From positions 64,001 through 128,000 of the forward strand of contig CAVSGI010000009.1 of NCBI GenBank assembly GCA_963727445.1: a stretch of 64,000 nucleotides of DNA, written 5' to 3'. A program made the position numbers and the translations under genes. The DNA is from an uncultured delta proteobacterium (GTDB taxonomy: Bacteria; Myxococcota_A; Polyangia; Polyangiales; B10-G4). Of this stretch, positions 35,027 through 43,275 are shown in pieces. Position 1 is the stretch's first letter. Every line of letters begins with the position of its first letter. The notes below the pieces were generated by a model that searched no databases, was not told where the DNA came from, and worked only from the letters and a program-made list of their open reading frames with translations.

Positions 35027-36282
35027 GCGTTCAGCAACCCCCCGCGGGCGAGGGCTTCGAGGAGCTGGTCGGTGTTCTACGCGATCTCACGGGAGCGCTG
35101 CACGGAACCGAGGCGGAGCACGGTCACGTCATCATCCCTGCGTCTCAGGTCGACGAGATGCGTGCGCAGGCTCGGTATCAGGCCCTCGTCGAACAGATCC
35201 CGGCGCTGACCTTCACCGTGAGCCTCGAGGAAGGCACACCCGAGATCTACGTCGGGCCGCAGATCGAGGAGATCCTCGGCTTCACCCAGGAAGAGTGGAT
35301 GGAAGATCCCATCCTCTGGTTCGCGCAATGCCATCCCGAGGATCGAGACATCTGGCATCAGGAGTTCGCTCGCGGCATCGCGACCGGGGGCCCCTTCGTC
35401 GCCGAGTGCCGCGTCTTCGCAAAGGACAAGAGCATCGTCTGGCTGCACGGAGAGGCACGCCTCGTGCGCGACGACGCGGGGCAGCCCCTCTTCCTTCAGG
35501 GGATCGCCTTCGACATCACCGAGAGCAAGAAGGCCGAGCAGAAGATGAAGGAGGCGCAGGAGATCCGCGTGCTGAACGAGCGCCTCAGCGCCGTCGGCCA
35601 GATGGCGGCGAGCATCGGTCACGACCTGCGCAACCCGCTCGGTGCCATTCGAAACTCCTGGCATTACATCAGCAAGCGTTTGCCGGACAGCGACGTGGTC
35701 GAAAACGACCCGCGCGTGGAGAAGCTGGGTGCCGTCATCGAACGCGAGCTCGCGCACTGCACGGCGATCATCAGCGAGCTCCTGGAGTTCGCACGGGATC
35801 GCGAGCCTTACAAGGTGGCCTGCCCTCTGGGGGAGCTCGTCGAGGAGGCGTTGAGCGTAGTGAACGTGCCGAACGAATCCATCCTCATCTCCAACTCCGT
35901 CGACGCGGATCTGCCAGTGCCTCACCTGGATCGCGATCAGATGCGTCAGGTGGTGGTGAATCTGCTGCAGAACGCAGTGGAAGCGGTCGGGAAGCACGGC
36001 CGGGTGGAGGCGCGCGGCCGATTCGAGGACCACACCCAGAGGGTGGTCCTCGACGTCATCGACGACGGCGCCGGGATCCTCCCCGAGCTTCACGAGCAGA
36101 TCTGGAAGCCGCTCTTCACCACCAAGGTCAAGGGTACGGGTCTGGGCCTCCCCATCGTCGCGAACATCGTGCAGCGTCACGATGGCGAGGTGTTCGTCGA
36201 GAGCGCTCCGGGAAGCGGCGCCACCTTTTCGCTCTACCTGCAGATCGGCGAGCCGAGCGAGGGCCCCGCGCCACAACGTTGA
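35023..36282 (+). CDS. PAS histidine kinase coupled to hypB
   Basis: PAS_3 (HPEDR, IVWLHG, DITE), GHDLRNPL, LFTTKVKGTGLGL. Confidence 0.92.
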   Translation: MSVQQPPAGEGFEELVGVLRDLTGALHGTEAEHGHVIIPASQVDEMRAQARYQALVEQIPALTFTVSLEEGTPEIYVGPQIEEILGFTQEEWMEDPILWFAQCHPEDRDIWHQEFARGIATGGPFVAECRVFAKDKSIVWLHGEARLVRDDAGQPLFLQGIAFDITESKKAEQKMKEAQEIRVLNERLSAVGQMAASIGHDLRNPLGAIRNSWHYISKRLPDSDVVENDPRVEKLGAVIERELAHCTAIISELLEFARDREPYKVACPLGELVEEALSVVNVPNESILISNSVDADLPVPHLDRDQMRQVVVNLLQNAVEAVGKHGRVEARGRFEDHTQRVVLDVIDDGAGILPELHEQIWKPLFTTKVKGTGLGLPIVANIVQRHDGEVFVESAPGSGATFSLYLQIGEPSEGPAPQR

Positions 36283-36292
36283 CGGCCGGGGC

Positions 36293-36817
36293 TCAGGCTT
36301 TCGACTTCCAGGCGGAGGACTTCGGTGCGTTCAGAGCACCGCCCCGCGCCGTCAGCACGACGGGAGCCGAGCCCTCGCCCTGGTCGAACTGGCCGCTCGA
36401 TAGCAGGTGCTCGAGGACCGACCCTGGCCGTCCGACCCTGCCCAGCAGGATGTGCGACGCCTTGAAGTCGACCGCCGTCTGAAAGAGCTCGGCTGCGGTG
36501 CGCTCCTGTACGCGGGTCAGATGGACGGGAGCGAAGCGGATGTGCAGGTGCATCTCGACGAGGGAGAGCTCGGGGAGCTCCACGGAAGCAGCCTCGACGA
36601 TCTCGTTCACGTGCTTCCACACCTCCGGATAGGCTCTTTCGAGGATCGCGCTCCGCTTCTCCTCGGCCGTGAGACGACCGGTCTGGTCCAGCTCGACCTG
36701 TGAGACGACGTAGACGATGTGTACCGCCCGGTCCTCGTCACTCGCCCTCTCGAGCGCCGCTCGAAGGGCAGCTTCTGCTTTCTCGGACCGATCGAATCCA
36801 ACGAGAATCGACATCAC
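36293..36817 (-). CDS. Universal stress protein-like
   Basis: ILVGFDRSEKAEAALRAA, VHIVYV, ILLGRVG.PGSV. Confidence 0.75.
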   Translation of the reverse strand: MMSILVGFDRSEKAEAALRAALERASDEDRAVHIVYVVSQVELDQTGRLTAEEKRSAILERAYPEVWKHVNEIVEAASVELPELSLVEMHLHIRFAPVHLTRVQERTAAELFQTAVDFKASHILLGRVGRPGSVLEHLLSSGQFDQGEGSAPVVLTARGGALNAPKSSAWKSKA

Positions 36818-38175
36818 CCATATCGCTTTTCGATGCCGTGCTTGTTGAGCTTGCTGTGAAGGGTGGCCCGGCTGACACCGAGGAGCTTCGCCGCCTCGCT
36901 CCGATTGTCGTCCGCTTCCCTCAGCGCGTTCAAGAGGATGCCTCGTTCATAGGCCGCGAGCTTCTCCCTCAGGGTCGCGCGGCGCCGAGGGGCGGCACCG
37001 TCCCAATCGGCGAGGACCGACATGTCGATCCGTCCATCGTTGGAGAGGGCCACCAGCCGATCGACGGCGTTTTCCAGCTCACGAACGTTGCCAGGCCATT
37101 TGCGTGCGACGAAAGAGTCGTAAAGCGCCGCGGGGGCCCTGAGGCGATTGAGCCCATATCGCCTGCCATAGAGATCGATGAAGTGGTCGATGAGGTGCGG
37201 AATCTCCTCGGGGCGATCCCTGAGCGGCGGCACTTCCAGCTCGACGACGCGAAGACGATAGAAGAGATCTTCGCGAAAGGCGCCGACGCTCACAGCTTCG
37301 GCGAGGTCTCGACTGGTGGTGGCGATGAAGCGGACGTCCACCTTCTCCGCCTCTTCGGAGCCGACGGGCCGAACCTCTCCTTCCTGTAAGACGCGGAGAA
37401 GCGACGCCTGGACCGCCACCGGCAGCTCGCTCACCTGATCGAGCAGGAGTGTTCCGCCATCCGCTTCGCGCAACAAGCCGGGCCGTGACTCCTCGGCGCC
37501 GGTGAAGGCGCCTCGCGTGTGACCGAAGAGGGTCGAGGCGGTCAGGTCGTCCCCGAGGGTGGCACAGTTCACCCGCAAGAACGGTCGGTCGGCCCGCGCA
37601 GAAGCGGCGACGATGCACTCGGCGAGCCGCTCCTTTCCCGTGCCCGTCTCCCCGCGGATGAGCACCGTCGTGGGCGAGCCCGCGACCCGCCGCGCCATCA
37701 CCGCGAGTCGCCTCATGGGCTCCGAATCGAAGAGCATGTAGCGCGAAAAGGTCAGCTCCCCAGCGAGTCGTTCGTTCTCGCTTTGGAGGGTTGCCGACTC
37801 GACGGCGCGCCGGACGACCGCCAACAGGTGATCGACATCACAGGGCTTGGTCAGGTAGTCGTAGGCGCCGACCTTCATCGCCTCCACGGCCCGGCTCTCG
37901 GAGCCGTGGCCGGTGACGACGATCACCCGCGGCGGGTTCTGCCAGTCGCGCATCGAGCTCAGCAGCTCGAGGCCGTCCATCCCGGGCATGCGCAGGTCGG
38001 TGATGACGATGTGCACGTCTGCGTGGGCGAGATGCTCGAGCGCCGCTCGGCCGTCCTCCGCCTCCAACACCGCGACGTGCTGATCCTCGAGGACCGCACG
38101 CAGCGTCACGCGGGTGGCGGGGTCGTCGTCGACGAGGAGGGCGCGCGGCCGACCCGACGAAAGCATTGGCCCCAT
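36814..38175 (-). CDS. Sigma54-dependent response regulator (REC-AAA-HTH) with variant Walker B
   Basis: ITDLRMPG, GETGTGKE, GAFTGA, LLLDQV, FREDLFYRL, WPGNVRELEN, Fis HTH. Confidence 0.92.
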   Translation of the reverse strand: MGPMLSSGRPRALLVDDDPATRVTLRAVLEDQHVAVLEAEDGRAALEHLAHADVHIVITDLRMPGMDGLELLSSMRDWQNPPRVIVVTGHGSESRAVEAMKVGAYDYLTKPCDVDHLLAVVRRAVESATLQSENERLAGELTFSRYMLFDSEPMRRLAVMARRVAGSPTTVLIRGETGTGKERLAECIVAASARADRPFLRVNCATLGDDLTASTLFGHTRGAFTGAEESRPGLLREADGGTLLLDQVSELPVAVQASLLRVLQEGEVRPVGSEEAEKVDVRFIATTSRDLAEAVSVGAFREDLFYRLRVVELEVPPLRDRPEEIPHLIDHFIDLYGRRYGLNRLRAPAALYDSFVARKWPGNVRELENAVDRLVALSNDGRIDMSVLADWDGAAPRRRATLREKLAAYERGILLNALREADDNRSEAAKLLGVSRATLHSKLNKHGIEKRYG

Positions 38176-38265
38176 GGGTGACAGGATAGCTCTGAACGCC
38201 CACCCGGATGAAGACGAGTGTAAGAGGTTCTCGACACCCAGTGTCGCTTTTTGCGGGTTTCGAGG

Positions 38266-38281
38266 TGGAACGGTAGTTGCG
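38266..38281 (+). promoter_or_regulatory. Putative sigma54 promoter divergent from the activator gene
   Basis: TGGAACGGTAGTTGCG (GG-N10-GC). Confidence 0.55.
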
Positions 38282-38307
38282 ACGTCAGAGAGGGGGCTTT
38301 GCGCAAT

Positions 38308-40170
38308 GTGGCCGCGTTAGATCACGACGAGGAGGGGGTACACGCATCCCGCACCACGAATGTGTCGGGCAGGGGTTACCTCCGACTCCTGGTGGTCGAG
38401 GACGATCCCACCTTCGCCGAGATCCTCTGCGGTGGCATCGTGGATCACGATGGCTCGGTACGGCTTCGTCGCGTGGGCAACCTTCCTGCCGCCATCCGTC
38501 ACCTGAGTGAAGAGACCTTCGATGCGGTCCTGTTGGATCTGGGTCTGCCCGATTCGGTCGGATTGGACACGCTGAAGCGGGTCCTCGATGCAGAGCCACG
38601 CATTCCGGTGGTGGTCCTGACGGGAGCGGACGAGAAGGTGATGGCGCGCCAGGCGATCGAGATGGGCGCCCAGGACTTTCTCGAGAAGGGTCGGGTGCCG
38701 CCGGGTTCCATCCTCAGGAGCGTTCGCTACGCGGTCACCCGAAGTCGGCTGCGCTGGCAGATCAGTGACCTCGTGCAAGCCAACCTGGACGCCATGATGG
38801 TGGTCGACTCTCGTGGCCAGGTGCGGTTAGCCAACGCGGCTGCCGAGGGCCTCTTCGGGCAGGGCCTCGTGGGCCGGCGTTCGCCCGTCACCCTGGCGGG
38901 ACGCGGGCGCTTCGAAGTGCGGATCGGGGCGGGCAGAGAACCGCGCCGTACCCTCGAGGTCCAGGCGACCACCGTTCGTTGGGAGGACGAGGATTCGGTC
39001 CTCGCATCCATCAGGGACGTCACCGAGATCCGTCGCGCGCAGGAGCTCGAGCGCAGGCTACAGCACGCCGACCGCCTCGCCGCCATCGGTCAGCTCGCAG
39101 CCGGAGTGGCCCACGAGGTCAACAACCCCGCGGCGTTCATCCACGCGAACCTGGAGGCGCTGGCGCGGGACGTGGAGGCGACGGGCGGCACCGACAACAC
39201 CCATGCGCGGGCGCTGATCGCCGACTGCCTTGCCGGCATCGAGCGCATCTCCGAGATCGTGCAGGAGCTCGCTGGCTTTGCTCGCCTCGACGACGACCGC
39301 GCGAGACCCGTCGACCTCTGCGAGGTCGCTCGTTCCGCTTGTACAATGGCGAGCAGTACCCTTCGCCACAGCGCGACATTGGAGCTCGACCTCCATCCTC
39401 TGCCAACCATCGTCGGCGACGCGACCAAGTTGGTCCAGGTCGTTCTCAACCTCGTCGTCAACGCCGCCGATGCCATCAAGGGGGCTGGGGGCACCGACAA
39501 CCGCGTCCTCGTCGAGACACGCCATGACGACGAGTGGGTGATGTTGGCGGTGGAGGATACGGGGCCCGGGATCCCCGATCACCTCCAAAACCGCATCTTC
39601 GAACCCTTCTACACGAGCAAGCCGCCTGGGAAGGGCACCGGTCTCGGTCTGGCGATCTCGGCCGACACGATTCACGCGCATGGCGGTACCCTCGAGGTGC
39701 AGAGCGCCGTCGGTGTCGGCACCCGCTTCGAGATCCGGTTGCCGCGTGACCATGGCCGCGAACCAGCCTCCGAGGACTCGGGCGCCCATCGCATCGTCCT
39801 CCCGCCGCCGCGGCGTTTGCGTGTGCTCGTGGTGGACGACGAGGCCATGCTTCGGCGGGCCTTTCAGCGGCTCATCGGAGCCATGCACGAGACGGTGACG
39901 ACCGATGGGCCGGGCGCGCTCGAGCTGCTGCGTCGAGACCCGCGCTTCGACGTCATCGTCTGCGATCTCATGATGCCAGACGTCGACGGCCCCGAGCTCT
40001 ACGAGCGGGTGACTGAGGAGCACCCCAAACTGGCGAGCCGCTTCGTGTTCCTCACGGGCGGCGTGTTCACCGATCGGGCTCGGACCTTTCTCGAGCGCCA
40101 TGACTTCAAGATGCTCAGGAAGCCCGTGCCCCAGAAGGAGCTGTTATCGGCGATTCACGAGATCGGCTGA
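38308..40170 (+). CDS. Hybrid kinase REC-PAS-HisKA-HATPase-REC (start uncertain)
   Basis: LLDLGLPDS, AHEVNNP, FYTSKPPGKGTGLGL, C-terminal CDLMMPD. Confidence 0.9.
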   Translation: MAALDHDEEGVHASRTTNVSGRGYLRLLVVEDDPTFAEILCGGIVDHDGSVRLRRVGNLPAAIRHLSEETFDAVLLDLGLPDSVGLDTLKRVLDAEPRIPVVVLTGADEKVMARQAIEMGAQDFLEKGRVPPGSILRSVRYAVTRSRLRWQISDLVQANLDAMMVVDSRGQVRLANAAAEGLFGQGLVGRRSPVTLAGRGRFEVRIGAGREPRRTLEVQATTVRWEDEDSVLASIRDVTEIRRAQELERRLQHADRLAAIGQLAAGVAHEVNNPAAFIHANLEALARDVEATGGTDNTHARALIADCLAGIERISEIVQELAGFARLDDDRARPVDLCEVARSACTMASSTLRHSATLELDLHPLPTIVGDATKLVQVVLNLVVNAADAIKGAGGTDNRVLVETRHDDEWVMLAVEDTGPGIPDHLQNRIFEPFYTSKPPGKGTGLGLAISADTIHAHGGTLEVQSAVGVGTRFEIRLPRDHGREPASEDSGAHRIVLPPPRRLRVLVVDDEAMLRRAFQRLIGAMHETVTTDGPGALELLRRDPRFDVIVCDLMMPDVDGPELYERVTEEHPKLASRFVFLTGGVFTDRARTFLERHDFKMLRKPVPQKELLSAIHEIG

Positions 40171-40238
40171 CTTGGCCCGTCGCGCACTCCGGTGTTGAGG
40201 AAGCTGGACAGTCTCGACGAAAGAACGCGTGTTTTCCG

Positions 40239-40254
40239 CGGCACGTCCATTGCA
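40239..40254 (+). promoter_or_regulatory. Putative sigma54 promoter
   Basis: CGGCACGTCCATTGCA, near-consensus -24/-12. Confidence 0.62.
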
Positions 40255-40266
40255 CCTTGATTGGAC

Positions 40267-41010
40267 ATGAGCTTCGAGTTGCTGCTCATCGACGACGAGG
40301 AGAGCGTGCGGACGACCCTGGCGGGCGCTCTGGAGATCAAGGGATTTCAGGTAACCGAAGCCGCCTCCGCATACGAAGCCATCGAACTGGTGAAGACTCA
40401 CGACTTCGATCTCGTGGTGTCGGACCTGTGCATGCCGGGCCTCGACGGGATCGAGGGCGCTCGCGCGATGCGGGCGCTGAAGCCCGAGCTCCCCCTCATC
40501 CTCATCACCGCCCACGAAGCGGAAGGCGTTCTGGAACGGGCGTTGTCGCAGGGTGTGTACACGGTCGTGCCCAAGCCGTTGAACATCGAGCATTTCCTGG
40601 TGCTCGCGCGGCGTGCAGCGGGACGTCCGACCGTTCTCGTCGTCGACGACCAGGAGGATTGCGCAACGACGATGGCCTCGGCACTCGAGAGCGCGGGAAT
40701 TCGGGCGCGCCCCGTTTACGACCCCGACTCGGCGCTCGCGGTGATGAAGAACGAGCCCATCGACCTCGCGATCATCGATCTGGTGTTCGATGACTCGAAC
40801 GGCGTCGAGCTTCTGGACAAGATGCGCGCGTTCGACGGTGAGTTGATCGCGATAGGCATGACCGGCAAGAACATGGATGGACTCATCCGCGGTATGATGG
40901 ACAGGGGCGCATACAAGTGTTTGCAGAAGCCTCTCGACGTACGCGGTTTGGTGCGCAGCGTGGCCCGCGCCAGATGCAGCGTTCGAACCGGGGACAAGCT
41001 TCAGCGCTGA
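40267..41010 (+). CDS. Tandem REC-REC response regulator without output domain
   Basis: LLIDDE...SDLCMPG...KP, then VLVVDD...IDL...KP. Confidence 0.88.
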   Translation: MSFELLLIDDEESVRTTLAGALEIKGFQVTEAASAYEAIELVKTHDFDLVVSDLCMPGLDGIEGARAMRALKPELPLILITAHEAEGVLERALSQGVYTVVPKPLNIEHFLVLARRAAGRPTVLVVDDQEDCATTMASALESAGIRARPVYDPDSALAVMKNEPIDLAIIDLVFDDSNGVELLDKMRAFDGELIAIGMTGKNMDGLIRGMMDRGAYKCLQKPLDVRGLVRSVARARCSVRTGDKLQR

Positions 41011-41019
41011 AGGGGGAGC

Positions 41020-41454
41020 ATGGCGAAGGAAAAGTACGGGGTGTTGGTTGTTGACGACGACCCGTCGGTGCTCATGACCATGGCAGCGATTCTGGAGAGT
41101 GAATTTCGGGTTCGGGCGACGGGATCCGCACGGCAAGGTCTGGACTGGCTTCGCGCGGGCGACTACCACGTCGTGGTCGCCGATTGGCAGATGCCCGAAA
41201 TGGATGGGGTCGCTTTTCTCTCGTCGGTTGGGGACGCCCAGCAAGTGGTTGCCTGTCTGCTCGTGACTGGGCACGTGGACGAGCTGGCTTTGGAGGTCCC
41301 ATGGGATGACCGCCGAACGCTCGCGCTGCTGAGGAAACCTTTCGATCCCCGCGTGTTGGTTGCTCGCGTTCAGCATCTGGCGAGACTGAGCGCGATGAAG
41401 CGTTCGAGCGTTCGACTTCGCGACGCGGCCTCGAACCTACGCTCGGGAGACTGA
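41020..41454 (+). CDS. Single-domain response regulator
   Basis: VLVVDDD, ADWQMPEMDG, TG, KPF. Confidence 0.88.
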   Translation: MAKEKYGVLVVDDDPSVLMTMAAILESEFRVRATGSARQGLDWLRAGDYHVVVADWQMPEMDGVAFLSSVGDAQQVVACLLVTGHVDELALEVPWDDRRTLALLRKPFDPRVLVARVQHLARLSAMKRSSVRLRDAASNLRSGD

Positions 41455-42157
41455 ATGGTACGTGAGGAATCAGTAGAGCGCGCCGAGCGCGCGTGCCTGG
41501 TGGAGCTGGCACTCTCGTCGCTCCGGCACGACCTCCGCAACAAGCTGGCGGCGGTGCGTCAAGCGTCGTTCTACATTCGGGCAAAGGTCCAGGACACGCC
41601 TGCTTGGACGGCCGACGCGCGCGTCCAGCGCTTCTTCGATTTGATCGAGGACGAGGTCGAGTCCGCGAACACGATCCTGGCAGACGAGTCGGCGCTGTCG
41701 CGGATTCACCCGCGGGTGTTCACGGAGGTCTCGGTCGCGGAGATCGTCGAGCGTGCCATTCGCTGCTCTCGCCACGCTCGCGCTCCGAGCGTCGAGCACG
41801 AGATCGCGCCGGGCGTCTGGTATGGCGATCCCGACGAGCTGACCCTCGCCGTTCGCTGTGTTATCGACAACGCGCTCGAGTTCGCGGGAGACGAAGACGT
41901 CCGGGTGGCCGGCGGGCCCAAAGGCGCGCTCTACGAGATTCGGATCTCCGACAACGGGCCCGGGATCCCGGCCGAGCACCGCGCACACATGCGACGCCCA
42001 TTCGAGTCATCGCGCTTCGATGACATGGGAGTCGGTCTGTCGATCGCACAACGCATCGCTCAGCGATACGAGGGGGCGTTGGACTTCGAAGACGGCGAAG
42101 AGAAATTCGCCGTCGTGATGACGCTGGGGCGGCCCATCGAGCGGAGGCAGATTCTGA
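41455..42157 (+). CDS. Sensor-less histidine kinase (HisKA-HATPase); appears fused to the next REC gene only through an extra base at 42150-42154
   Basis: RHDLRNKL, DNALEF, DNGPGI, MGVGL; GATTC->GATC gives CAG ATC TGA with a TGATG overlap. Confidence 0.75.
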
Positions 42158-42504
42158 TGGCGCGGATTCTTCTCATCGACGACGACGACGTGAACCGGTT
42201 GACTCTGGGGGCGCTTCTCGAGGACGACGGTCATCAGGTGGTGGAAGCCGAGGGGGTCGCCCAGGCGTGCGCCCGACTCGCGGACGGGTCGTTCGATGCC
42301 GTGCTCGTCGATCAACATCTCCCCGATGGGCCGGGGACGTCCATCATTCCGCGCATCAGAGAGAGCTCGCCGAAAGCACACGTCCTGATCGTGAGCGGCA
42401 ACGCACCTCGGAACACCGACGGAGTGGACGGTTACGTCCTGAAAGGGGACGGGCCAGAGCGTCTGCTGTCGTTGCTGTCAGGGCTCAAGGGGCAGGGGGA
42501 CTGA
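42157..42504 (+). CDS. Single-domain response regulator
   Basis: MARILLIDDD, VDQHLPDG; has its own GGAGG RBS upstream. Confidence 0.78.
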   Translation: MARILLIDDDDVNRLTLGALLEDDGHQVVEAEGVAQACARLADGSFDAVLVDQHLPDGPGTSIIPRIRESSPKAHVLIVSGNAPRNTDGVDGYVLKGDGPERLLSLLSGLKGQGD

Positions 42505-43246
42505 CGTGCCGGTCCGTGGAGAGCGGCATCGTCAGCGTGACCGTGGTTCCGGCGCCGACGGTGCTCTCGCAGTGTACCCGTCCCGCATGTCGTCGGACGA
42601 TGGCCGACACTGCCGCGAGGCCGAGGCCGGATTGGCGTGCCTTCGTGGTGAACGCTGGAGTAAAGACGTGAGCGAGATGCTCGAGCGGGATGCCGTCGCC
42701 ATCGTCGGCGATGGTGATGGCGATGTCACCGCCCGCCTCTCGTGCTCGAACGCGGATCGTCCCGGCATTGCCGATGGCCTCCGCCGAGTTTCGGAGCACG
42801 TTGGAGAGCGCGCGAACCACAGCCTCCCAATCCCACGCGGGGATCGGCAGGTCTTTCGACACTCCGAGCTCGACGACGACCTCCGCTCCGATGGCGGCGT
42901 CCGCGATTGCTGCCTCCACCAACCGGTCGACCGGGCACGCGCTTCGGACGAGCTCGCTGTTTCGCGCGAAGGCGAGAAGGTTACCGATCACGCGCGTGGC
43001 AGTGTTCACTTGCTCGCCGATGATCTTCAGATACTCGCCATCTCTCGGGTCCGCTCCCGCGGCCTCGTCACGACTCTGCTCCAGGCAGTAGCGCGCGGTC
43101 TGCACGGCCGACAGCGGGTTCAGCAGCTCGTGGCCGATGGTCGCAGCGAGATTGGCGATCACCTCTCGGTGCGCGCGCTCTTGCTCGGCGAGCTTCGCCC
43201 GAAGCGAAGCAACCTCGGCTTCCAATTCGGAGATTCGCTTCTCCAC
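42485..43246 (-). CDS. Coiled-coil histidine kinase without sensor domain
   Basis: GHELLNPL, NVLRNSAEA, DDGDGI, FTTK..SGLGL. Confidence 0.87.
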   Translation of the reverse strand: MEKRISELEAEVASLRAKLAEQERAHREVIANLAATIGHELLNPLSAVQTARYCLEQSRDEAAGADPRDGEYLKIIGEQVNTATRVIGNLLAFARNSELVRSACPVDRLVEAAIADAAIGAEVVVELGVSKDLPIPAWDWEAVVRALSNVLRNSAEAIGNAGTIRVRAREAGGDIAITIADDGDGIPLEHLAHVFTPAFTTKARQSGLGLAAVSAIVRRHAGRVHCESTVGAGTTVTLTMPLSTDRHVSPPAP

Positions 43247-43275
43247 TCATCGACGACATTACCAGGAGTACGCGG

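Noticed and set aside
41455..42504. Hybrid kinase-REC fusion as given in the ORF track
   Set aside because: Removing one T from GATTC yields a TGATG coupling with a GGAGG RBS, so two genes are more likely; not fully excluded
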